A DNA stretch of 64,000 nucleotides from Camelus ferus. Its lineage: Eukaryota. Below are positions 52,536-63,790 of the stretch, one piece after another (the stretch's first letter is position 1; every line of letters starts with the position of its first letter). The stretch covers positions 30,010,001-30,074,000 of the forward strand of contig NC_045697.1 in assembly GCF_009834535.1 (NCBI RefSeq). Reading direction: 5' to 3'. A program made the translations under genes and the position numbers. A model generated the notes under the pieces. It worked only from the letters and a program-made list of their open reading frames with translations, made no database searches and was not told where the DNA came from.

Positions 52536-55066
52536 TTAGAGTATCCAAAAGAGCAAGGGGAGACAAGTGAGGAGATACTTTAAGAGTATTCAGCACACCC
52601 AGGAATCATGGTGACGTAAAGACAGGAAGAGAGAAGAGACTGATAAAGGCTGGGGTTTCCGTGAGTGTACTGTGCCTCTTCAGTAACAAGGGGATTTATT
52701 TTCTAATTAAACTGTGCAATCTTTTATGGCAACTCCCCGTCTGTGTAAAAACCTAGAATCACGGTTAATTGACATATGTAGTTCTAATTGACGAATAGCA
52801 TATTTGTGTGGTAATTTTTACTCCTGCCCTTGTTCCTCTTATTTGGCTTAATTTTTACATATTTTGTCCACATTAGCTCTATTAAGCAAAGATTTGCAGG
52901 TCAGTTCATGTCTGCTAATGTCAGTTAGTGTCACATCTTAGAGCTACTGACTTAACGTTGAAAACGGCGTTCAGGAAAATCATGCATGTTCCCCCAGAAC
53001 GTCCCCAATAGCAACACAACACAGCTGCTCCGAACACCCAGAATTCCTTGGTTGGACAGACTTCTCAGTTGCTGCTCTCTCATAAAAGTTTTACACATAC
53101 ATGGTACTAGCCTGGCTTGTCTGTGTCTTTGTCACTTACTTTTTGCAGCCCACAAGAGAGTTGAGAGTCATTCTAAGTTTATCCACATTTGGGATCCTGC
53201 TTTTCATGTGGCAGAAAGTAGCTTAACTGGAATGAAATGCATATCATGAAGAAGAAAAAGATTCTTGGTGTCTGGAAAATAATATAAAACATTTAAATGT
53301 GCTGATGTCTCTTAAAGCATTTTAACTTCAGTCTCCTATCTTTGCCATCCAGATGAATTCTGGCCACCACATCTTGGAACCCAACAAGGGGCCCCAGATA
53401 TTTCCTGGGGCCCATTTCTTAGCTGGGAAAGTCTGTGTTTGCAGAGATGGTGAGAGTATGAGCCCTAGGCGAGGAAGGCCGGCATATAGACGAAGAATAA
53501 GGCTTCACGTTTGCAGGCTGGCTTTTGGTTGTCGATGTGTCCCAAGTATTCTCAAACACCTCCTTGAATTATTTTTAATACAATATATAAAAAGGAGCAA
53601 AAATGCATGTTATTCCAATTTCACATGAGTTTAGGAGCCTAGAAGTCCCAAGCTTCTTGTCCAAGAATATATTAGGGGGTATCTTAGCACCAAGGGACAG
53701 AAAGTAGGTCTTCTTAATAAATATGTGGAGTTAATATTTATTAAAGTTGCCATTGAAGTCAAAAGTATATAAAGTACTTTTTCTTCTACTTTAGTTTATG
53801 ATTTAAGTTAGCCTAATTACACTCCCTTCCCCCCAGTATGAGACTCTGCCAAAGAAGCCAAGATTTCTGTGTTTAAGAGGATAAAATAAGAACCAAGATT
53901 CACTTCCCCTGAATTAAAATGCCATGGAGATTTGAGTTCCCTGACTTGGTGTTTCCCATTGGAAAAGTAAACTTTTTTTTTTTAACTGAATTATAGGTTT
54001 CATGTGATTGGACTTCTTTTCTAATTGTTTTCATATGTTTCAGCACTCAGTCTTTTCTGCGAGTCTGTGGATCTTCTCAACCACATAGTAATTAATTACA
54101 GAGGGAAAAAAAACCCCTCCAAGGAACAATAGACATTTTAGAAACCTTTAGAGGAAGAGCAGATGCAGCTAAGTGCCAGACACGTATTCCTCTGTACCCC
54201 ACCTTTACCAGATGCCTGGGTCGCTGATTGTTGCCGCACAGATTCTTGGGGATCAGGGACCCGGCAGACACATAACTTGCATGAACCTCTGTGACTCTGA
54301 ATGGAGCCGCCCTGTTTGGACCCTGGGCGAACAGGGAGGTTTCTGGTGATGCCCGTGATAGTCCCAGGAGACCTAACAGGCTTTTCTGGAGAGCCTGGTT
54401 TCTTTCAATAGAGCAAATTGACTGCCAATCTGAGCTAATTGTTTGTGTGTTGCCAAGTTAAAAGGAGGTGAAAGAAATGCCAGCTCTTCCTTAGTTTAAA
54501 TCATTATCTCATTCACTTTGAAATATATAAGCCTTAGAAACTTTGAGACAAGGGCTTTTCTTTCCCCTCACCTGTCTAGAGCCCACAGTCTCTCCTACAA
54601 AGATAGCCTTACTTGTTTTGGGACGGCGTTGCCAGGTTGGAGGCAGGGCTTGGCATTTCTTGTTTCACATTGGACTGTATTCCTTCTAAGTAAAGCACTG
54701 AGCTGGGCCCATTGAGCAACCCTTTCTTCCCAAGATAACTCATCTATGAATGACTCAGAAAAAATGAAAAGTGCCAAACCTCCCCATGAATATCAAGCCA
54801 GAAAGCCAGAGTCGGTCACTTAAAGTCACTTACTTTACCTAAGTTCAGATGACTGGAAGCAGAAACCTCAACATCCTGTCTGCAAAATGGGCATCATAAT
54901 TCTGATCTTGCAGGGTTGTCATGAAAGTTAGTATTTCTGAAATATACTAGCTGTTCAGAGAGTTGTAATTATTGAAAAACAAAGTAGAATATATTGAAGC
55001 TTCACAGTAGACTGCCCTTAAGGTCATTCAAGAGAGAAAGGAAAGCACGTTATAAAAGTCATGTAA

Positions 55067-55214
55067 GGGGGCAAGGTATAGCTTAGTGGTACTGTATGTG
55101 CCTAGCATGCACAAGGTCCTGGGTTCAACCCCCAGTACCTCCATTAAAAATAAATAAATAAAAACCTAATTACCTCCCCCTCAAAAAATTTTAAAATAAA
55201 TCTAAAAATTTTTT
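55067..55214 (+). mobile_element. tRNA-derived SINE, Vic-1-like (camelid)
   Basis: A box tagcttagtgg (55079-55089), B box ggttcaacccc (55122-55132), A-rich tail with aacctaattacctcccc; TSD aaagtcatgtaa (55055-55066) / aaagccatttaa (55215-55226). Confidence 0.85.
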
Positions 55215-56104
55215 AAAGCCATTTAAATATTTTGCTAACTAGACACCTGTAAACACAATCCTACACATCTGCCTTACACACATTATGTATTACTTCATGG
55301 CCAACAGTGCCAGCCCTGAATTTATTGCATTATATTTTTTCTTTCTCTGAGTCTGCCTTGAAGCTCTGAATTTTCAGGATTCAAGCAATTAGCAGAAAAT
55401 CAGTCATTATGATTGTTTTTTCAAGTAGGCAGGGAGTGGCTTTAAGTGGCCAATGATATGCAAAGCTTTCTTCACTTCCTTTTTTTAAGTCCACATATCT
55501 AAATTGAGATCTCTTGAAATGAATCCTGCCCCACTGGGCATTTAGCCTGAAAAGAAACACCCCAGGGATTTTGTAGCCTGGCTGGACTCACAGGATGCAT
55601 AAGGCACTAGATTCTCCCTGCTCAAATTGGCATTACAAATTGGCCTGGCCATTTGCATAAATGCATATGTTTTATTCCAAAGAATTCTGCCTGAATTGGG
55701 AGAGACTGAAACCCAGGACCCTTTGTTAAAAGTGGAAGGAGTGTTGTTTTTGGACTTGAGAGCTCTGAACTCAGGGTCTGCTCCCTTACTGAAATAGGAG
55801 TCAGATCAGCTGAGATGAGATAATGAGTTTGAAAGGGCTTTGTAAACTGTAAAGTGCCGTGCAAGCATTGTAAGGTATGATTAGTTAGCATTCCACTGTC
55901 CTTAATCCTGGCTGAACACTGCTGTCTGTAACCAGCAAAGCAAATCACAACTCCATTCTAAGCACAACTCACAGGAGCCCTTTATTTAATAACCAAAATA
56001 CTTCTCTTTCTCCTTCTTCCATGGTAATGATAAGGCCTTATTTTTTGTATGACGTTCTGCTTTCAAAACTGTTCCCAGCCATGCCCTTTGTGTAATAGTA
56101 CAGT

Positions 56105-56320
56105 ATTATGAACAGGACCTCTGGAGCCAGTCTGCCTAGGTTTGAATTTTAACTTAAGCAGGGACACTTTGACCTTTGGCAAATTTCTTAACCTTATCTC
56201 AGTTTCCACTCTATGAAATGATCATGCTAATAACACTAGCATTGCAAGGCTAGTATTATGATTTGAATTAACACTAGAAGGAATTCTAGCACATGGTGTA
56301 GCTCAATAATAGTTAGCCAC
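56105..56320 (+). mobile_element. MIR SINE
   Basis: ctctggagccagtctgcctaggtttgaat...gacctttggcaaatttcttaacc...ctcaataatagttagc. Confidence 0.75.
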
Positions 56321-57910
56321 CTTATTTCTCATCATCAATGTGCTTTTTAAATAATGCATATTCAAAGAGATTAATTCAATGGCAAGTCATTTCTTACTGA
56401 CCATTCTTTATGGCCACAGCCAACCCAACACCAGTTGATTCTTGCCAGACTTGCTGGCTAAGGAGGCCGGGAGGAGAGTGAGCATGGTTCAGGAGTGGCC
56501 AGGCAGGAGACCAAGAGCTAGGTGTGCAACTCAAAGGGCAGGATTTCACCTACCTCCAAATTCCATATTTTAAAATTTTATTGAAAACAGTGGGCAGCAG
56601 GGAGAAGGAGTTTTCTGGACATGACTTATGATGGTTTGATTTTCCAAAAGTCAGAGGGAGTGAAGACCTGCCATCATCACAAGATGATGGCCTCCTCTGC
56701 AGCAGTACAGGCTGGAGCAGCAGACAGCAGGCCACCTGGTCAACCAGAGTAGATGGCATTTCCTTGCTCATCTTACTCTTAGCCCAGCTAAATCCTCCCA
56801 TCTTCATTTCTGAAATGACTTGTCCCTTAAGAATTTACTCCTAATCCTCTGTCAGAAATCAGATACAAAGTAGGTGAGCTTTCTTTAGAAGTCAAGATGT
56901 TTTATTTACTTATCATCTTTATGAACTGAGAAGATAATAAATAATTTTTAAAACAAGTTTCATCATTTTATTATGACTTAGAAGTAAGGCTGATCTTACA
57001 AGTAAGGGGGAAGAGTTCGTTTGAATGGCAGATAGACGCTATCAACTGTATTCTACCCCACCCACTCCCAGTAGAAACGAAAAACAAAACAAAGCATAAA
57101 AAGTCCTGATATTCCAACATTAAACTACATTTCTCTAAGAATTTAAAGTTTAGGACCTTCAAGATTTCTTTGAAAATGGAAAGAGCCCTAAGCAAACATT
57201 TTGGCAAAATGTCTTAACACCATTTACTTAACATCTAGCATATGACAAAGAATAGCTGAGAGGTGGAGAGTCATTGGGATAGAAGATGGAGAAAGGGTTG
57301 CTGATGGGAGGGTGCAGGGCAAGGTAAGCTTTTGTGCCTTGGGTTCATCCTATAAATGGTCATAAACTATTCCAGATGTTTCAGGTCAGCTCAGTGCAGA
57401 AAGACCATCCTTACACCTTGCAGTCTGGTACACATTCTAGGTGTGCTGCCACATTGCTGCATTCATTAGCATTCCCCCAGATCAGTTTCTTAGTGGCTCA
57501 AAATTTTGCCCTGATCAGTCAAAAACAAATTGAGTACCTACTGGGGTGCATGACTCATGTGCTAAAGAAAAAATAACAACAAAATGCTTCTTACTTTTCC
57601 CCATCTCATGAAAAGAAAGAATTCAGATTGTCACTTTCAGAGCCATTTAGGATCCTGCCTTTCTGACGCTGATGAGGTCCTGTTAGATAAATGAATTTTG
57701 AGTATTGTTAGTAGCTGGCTAAATTCAAAGTTTTGAATCCCACCCTAACTATGCTGCAACTCTGGACTAAAGTAATAGACAGATGTCATCTGGACTAACG
57801 ATATTAAGAAGACCTTTCACTAACAAGACAGTTGCCTGCCTGGAGATGGGGATTTAAGAACTATTTTGGTCTGATCACCTGTGGAGTTCCATTTAATTTT
57901 GCTCTATCAG

Positions 57911-58198
57911 TCAAAAGCTGTTAAGTGGTAAGAAAGAAGCTGTTCAAGATATTATCCTTCGCAAAGAAAACCAACATGGCAAAGACTCCGAGTCAGAAGA
58001 TGAAGCTGCAGGTCGACTGCCTGATCTTGAGAAAGATGACTTTGCTGCCCGGAGAGCAAGGATGAACCAGCCCAAGCCAATGGTGCCACTGAATCAACTC
58101 CTCTATGGGCCTTACCTGAAAAGAGAGGCAGAGAAATCAGACGGCAGCAAACAACCCTCAAAGGGAATCTCAGGAAAGAAAAGTCTAGAACATAAAAG
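57911..58198 (+). CDS. LIMCH1: LIMCH1 alternative exon B (QKLLSGKKE...RLPDLEKDDFAARRARMNQPKPMVPLNQLLYGP...SLEHK), 288 nt, phase 2/2
   Basis: Acceptor ttttgctctatcag, donor aag|gtgtgc, open frame, KDD motif. Confidence 0.9.
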
Positions 58199-60637
58199 GT
58201 GTGCACTCTATGTGTGTGTGTATGAAACAGAGAGTGTAATTAGGAGGTGATTTATATCAGAGGCCCCTGCACCCCATTCCTCTCTTTCCTGCCCTGATTA
58301 CGTAATTGGTAATGGTGGTTTATTTTGAAGTGAAACTCCAGATATCCAATCTCCCCTAAGTGCAGATGGCAGGGAGTAGAATGGCCATGTCTAAAACAGG
58401 GTTGAATTCACCAATTAAATATGGAGCATCAGTGCTGTGTCTGGCGCATCACCACATATGGGGGCTGGTGTCACACACTGGCATTATTGGCATAAATAGA
58501 CACATACTATTGCTGATCAGGGAACAGGAACCTCTCAAGGCTGCTCCAGTCCATCCACAGCAGGCAGAAACCATAGTTATTCCTTCGCTATGAGCTCTTC
58601 CCTCTTACTGGCCCCTTTCAGAAATTGGAAAGGAAAAAAGTGAGGCTTGCTGTTTCTTCCCTAACCCCAGCAAGATCACCTCAACATCTGATGATGGATA
58701 TCTCTTACCAAAAAAACTTCTCCAATATACAACACACTTCTGTTTGTTCTGTCATGGAAATTATTTTTTAAGTGAGTTTCCTTCTCCCAAAGTTCTCCCA
58801 TCCTCTTAATTAGGGAAAGGAAAATGTAATGAAATGTGATTTGGCCACTGATTTTTATCCTAAGAGGGATATGATTTCATTGAAGCCGTCAGCATGCTAA
58901 ATGTCAGCATGCAGAGTCCATCATTCTTGTATTTTTCCTTATGTCAAAATCAGTTAGAGTTCACATCTTTACTATTTAATTGCCATATTGTGGCCTGTCA
59001 CTTAAGAGGTTTGTATGTCTGTTGAGCTAAGAATATGAATATCTCAGCTGTGTTTCACACAATTCGAGTGGTTCTTTGGGCAGAATCATTGAGAGCAGTT
59101 TTTTATTGTTTTTTATATTTTTATTTAGGAGGTATCAGATACAAAACACATGAAAGGTCTCTGTACATAGAGCATGGGATTAGGGCACAGAAGACCTGGC
59201 ACATTTTATAGGACATATTGTAGCTTCAGGAGGCTCTCGGCCTTTGCAGGTCTTGCTGGCATGCGTTGTCAAACCATTCTCAGGGGGCCTTGTGGGAGAG
59301 ATCACTTTGTTGCAAGTGAAAAAAAGGCTTCTGGATAACAGACTAGCGTCAAGGCGTATTGATGAGGATCAGCAACTTGAGTTAGGAAAAGGAGTAGCTT
59401 TTGTACCTCCCTTTTTTCCTTTCTCCCGCATGCAATTTTAATTCCTAGTATTTCCAGCCCCATTTGTCTGTTGTCACCTGACTCTGTATTTGGGGACTTA
59501 GCTCTGGGTCTGGGACAGTCCATGACCTCTCTGGAGAGCTTCAAAGAACTGATGAAAAAAAAGAAGGCTCCCTGGTGGCTCTTTGCAGTGCCCTTCTGTG
59601 ATCCCTTTCCCCAAACTGAAAGTAAATAGAAAATTCTGTAGCCGTCCTATTGGCATAGGCTCTGTAAATACACCAAGACATCCATGTAACAAAAGAATAC
59701 CTCTTTGTTTTCTCATTTGGAAGATAGATTTTGAAAAAAAAAATGAATAGCCCTATTTATGTATATTTTTGAGACTTTCTATCTCAAGAAACATAGTTAG
59801 AAATAGGTTTTTAATGTGGTAGAATGTTTATGCATATAGATGCCACAGCTTTAGTTTAAATCACTATATTGTTAACATTAGCCATCTAACATTCACTTCT
59901 CAGGAGAACAATTGAAAATACCAGTTTTGGCTGTAATAAAGGTGAACCATTACTAATACAAGAACAAAGGGGTATTGACAGTGTGGAGCCAGGTAAAGCG
60001 AGGTTACCCTCTCCATTTGTTCTTCAAGTTTATATTAGCCAAACCTAATTAATGCTATCAGGAGGCAGAGACTGACTTTGAACATGGAAATTTTCTATTC
60101 AGAACTGGCCTAACCGTACTTTCTGGCAGTAGGAGGGTTTATGGTTGAGATGTTTAATATGTGAACAATGTTCCAGCTATCTCCAAACTAATCCTAGAAT
60201 TTGGATCATGCAAAGCTCGTTACTAACATTTTACTGCTGCAATAAAAGACATTCCAAGAGGGCTCAGGGATTCAATCAGAAAACTTGAATTCATTATAGT
60301 AACTTGAATAGTGTGGGAACTGGGCATCATTACTGTCAAACTGAAATCTCATTACCATTCTTAATAGTCTTTCAGCGAGCCCTGGCTTCTCTTCCTAAAC
60401 TAACTAGAGACCGTCATCTGGTGGAAAAACTCCATCTCATTGCAGTGTCAAAAGGGTAGCTTAGACGAAAGTAATCAAGGCTGCAATTGATTCCATATTT
60501 TTGAGAAAGGGAAAGGTGCTTCCATCATTCCATTCTGAACTCAGCCTCTGAATTTCCATGCTTGACATTCTGTTTATCTGCTCCCTTTCCTGGAACCTGA
60601 TTTTTCCGATGATGTGGGGCCTGGATCAAATTGACAG

Positions 60638-60880
60638 AAAGCAGGGCCAAACAGAAGAGGTGAAGTCAAGGGTGACCTGTATTACACGGGCTCAGGAGAG
60701 TAAGCCTGCGGAGGAGGGACTCAGGAAGATGCCCGATCTTTACAAGGATGACCTGGCTCAGCGGAGAATTCAGGGCAGGCTTGGCCCTCGCCGCGAGGTT
60801 CCGAGCTTTGTCACAGTCTCCAATATAACAGAAGCCGACCTGGAGACATGGGAGAGACTGAAAGTGTCAGGAAAGACAAG
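60638..60880 (+). CDS. LIMCH1: LIMCH1 alternative exon C (KQGQTEEVK...RKMPDLYKDDLAQRR...TEADLETWERLKVSGKT), 243 nt, phase 2/2
   Basis: Acceptor ttgacag after a ~90-nt AG-free zone, donor aag|gtgtgt, open frame, KDD motif. Confidence 0.87.
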
Positions 60881-61416
60881 GTGTGTCTTCCCCTGGTTTC
60901 CCCCTCACAGTGGTATCCTTTAACTTTGAAGGAATCAAATGCTTATCCTTCCAGCATTTTTATTTTCGTGGCCAGAAAAAAATGCCTCTCAAAACACAGA
61001 GCATATTCTGCATGAATTGAAACTTATTAATACTGAAAGTTACAAGCCACATGGACGGAAAACATCCTCTTTAATTCAATCAACTTATTGTAAATGCTTA
61101 TTTTGATAGGCTTGTTCACTATTAAGGAATTTAAATTGATTTTTAAATAATTTTAATGATTTCATTGTACCTCAGATTTTTCTCATGCCATCATTTATGA
61201 CATTGGAAGTGATATTTTGAAAGCTATGGAAGCTTAAAGTACTATTTATAAGAACAAGCAGGACAATGATCATTTCTTCATTTGATTGATTAATGGAAAA
61301 GCACTTCTGCTTTAGCCATCACAGTATTTTTCATCCATCTAGTATTTTTTAAAAAACCCTTCATGGATTTGTACTCACCTTAGAAACCTTTGGAACTTAT
61401 TTCTGGTTCTGACTAG

Positions 61417-61743
61417 GGATGGAGATGTTGAACACATGTGTGTCCCTGAGCCTCTACCAGAAATTAAAGCAGAAACTGCCATCCGTGATGACTTTGCCAG
61501 CCGCAAGGCAGGGGCCTATAAGAAAGCTTCCAGCCCTAGGCAAAAGTTTGTGCACTTTGGCCCAGTGACAGAGATGGATCAGCAGACCTGGAAGCGGCTC
61601 AGCATTGGCAAGGCCGGGCCTAGGCAGGACGGAGAGGAAGCCGTTGGTCACAGCAGCAGGACGCAGACGTGCTCTGTGTCCCCCGCCTCGGCAGCCGCGT
61701 CCCGCTTGGAAGACCAAACGCTTAACCCACAGAATGGCTACAG
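61417..61743 (+). CDS. LIMCH1: LIMCH1 alternative exon D (DGDVEHMCVPE...IRDDFASRK...TEMDQQTWKRLSIGK...PQNGY), 327 nt, phase 2/2
   Basis: Acceptor ttctggttctgactag, donor cag|gtattc, open frame. Confidence 0.87.
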
Positions 61744-63030
61744 GTATTCTTCGCCGCTCCGTATGTGTGCTAGATCTGTGCAGGAGTCACTGCCGCTTTT
61801 AAAGAGTCTGCTGAAGCACATTAAAGAAACCACCAGAGATGACCTCGTTTTAACAGGCTCTTTGCTGGTTAGCAGAGAATTAATGTTAGTAGCTTCCCCT
61901 GGGGGGAAACCTGTGAAATTAAATGACATCCATCCATTCTGATTCTGTTGTCACCAGAATCACTGCCCGGGAATGCCAATAATTTTGGCAAATGACCCTT
62001 TTCCCATCGGCTGCATTAAGCACTATTTTATTCATTGGAAATATTAAACAGATGAGATGGAATGTTTTAATGATACCCTCTGTGTTTCTTCTAAACATAT
62101 ATTGATAAAAATCAGGTTTATCTACACCATCCCTCTTTCTTATCCCACAAAGGGAGGAAAAAATAGTTATTTGTATCGTAAGTTCAAATTTTGAACATCT
62201 AAGTAGACACACACACAGAAATAAACATCTCCCTCTCTCTCCACTTCTTAAAATTATATAACAAATCTTGAGTGGAAAAAGACTCTTCTCTGGACGGTTT
62301 CTATGAGTCAGGAGTTTCCTTGGCTGAATCACAATCCGAATTTGTGAGGGATCACCTGGGAAAAGGCCTTGTAAGCCTGTCACCGGTCCTCATCCTCCCT
62401 GGAGGTCTTCCAGCTTTGAATTCCCAGGCCCTCTTTCGGTGATTCAGTTCTATGAGCTGGTCTTTCCTCCACTAAGCAGGGATAGGACATTTATAAGATT
62501 CTGGATTCTCCCGGGAACCTCCACTCCACCCGCATGATGGCGGCCACGTAAAGCTCTCCAGGGCAAGGGAAAATGCTCAGGACATTCTCCTCCAGGCTTT
62601 GCCCTTGATATCCAAAGTGTAGGGAGGGGTTTCTTTGGTTCCATACTGTGATGACACCATAGAGGAGGCTGTGGATATAAATAATCCTAGTACCCCAGAA
62701 ATGCACTGTTGGGGTTTCAGTGGCTGAGGGGGCCCAAGGGTGCAGAATTGGGAGTAAGAAATGCATCTGTGAGTCCTTGACTACTTAAGGGGTCATCACT
62801 CAGCCCCCTGGGGACAGAGTCATGCCAGCCTTCTTTGCCTTTCTCAGGCTCTTGCCAGGGTCCACATTCTATTACATAGTCTGAGTCTGTCATCCTTACT
62901 AACCAGCTCATGGAATGAGAGCACCTGAACTCTGTCTCATAACCTTTCATTCTCAACCACTTTCATTGTCTCCTTTCATAACTCTTTTTCGTCTTCTCTC
63001 TTGCCACCAATGCCACTTGATTATCAACAG

Positions 63031-63149
63031 AATAGAGACTTCTGGTGTAGATGACAGTTGCAAAAGGGTCTCGCAGCTTGCTCTGGTGCCGGGGTCCCAG
63101 GAGGAGCATAGCTGCCATTTGGGCGAGTGCCCAAGGAGGACAGAGGAAG
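63031..63149 (+). CDS. LIMCH1: LIMCH1 alternative exon E (IETSGVDDSCKRVSQLALVPGSQEEHSCHLGECPRRTEE), 119 nt, phase 2 to 1
   Basis: Long pyrimidine tract then ttatcaacag, strong donor aag|gtgagg; with exon F totals 231 nt. Confidence 0.78.
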
Positions 63150-63234
63150 GTGAGGAGGAGAAGGGTGGCAGGTGGGGCCAGGGCCTCTGGTGTGAAATCT
63201 TTCCTAGTAGTAAAGCTGTCCTGTCTGGCTTTAG

Positions 63235-63346
63235 TTACACGCAAACAGCTGCCACAGGATGGCAAACAGGAGAATGAAGGAGTTGCTCAAAGAGATTCTG
63301 AGATGGCGCCCAAGGCTGAAAGATCCAAGGAGAGCGGCCAGCCACT
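63235..63346 (+). CDS. LIMCH1: LIMCH1 alternative exon F (V-TRKQLPQDGKQENEGVAQRDSEMAPKAERSKESGQP-L), 112 nt, phase 1 to 2
   Basis: Acceptor ctgtctggctttag, donor act|gtgagc, restores phase 2 after exon E across an 85-nt intron. Confidence 0.78.
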
Positions 63347-63790
63347 GTGAGCACCTTGCCTGCATTCCAGGGTGTGCTGCCTCTGCTGTGCGTGGCTGCT
63401 ATGTCCCCCCCCCAAACGAGCTTAATAAAGCCACAGTGTACACTTGACTGCTGTGGTGTGGAGTGCAGTCACTCACAGGAATGCGCCCATCCCAGGGTCA
63501 GAGTTCTGCTTTCAGTGCCCCGCCTGGGTAGAGATTTTAGCCTTAGCACGTGGTTGGGTGCTGGCCAAATTCATTCTCAGGAATCATGAAAACCAGAAAG
63601 GGAAAGCCATTGCCATGTAAGTATCAGCTGCATGATGGAAGTCCATGGTATTAATACTCAGTTGCTATGTGTGCTGCTGCCTCCATGAACATGGCTTCTT
63701 CTTTCTTGAGTTAATGCCAAGTGCGTGATGCTACCGAAAGTATCTTGAGTAATAAGTGCCCTTTGACTGGCTGGGCTGAACGTGCCCTAG

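Noticed and set aside
55067..55140. tRNA gene (A and B boxes, also at 48005-48081 on -)
   Set aside because: Followed by a SINE body and A-rich tail and flanked by TSDs; no intact cloverleaf
61436..61942. 168-aa ORF running 66 codons past the exon D donor
   Set aside because: Explained by exon D plus chance read-through; no evidence for intron retention from sequence alone
63201..63234. In-frame upstream tandem acceptors (ctagtag) for exon F
   Set aside because: Would leave an intron of only ~58-61 nt after the exon E donor, below the usual mammalian minimum
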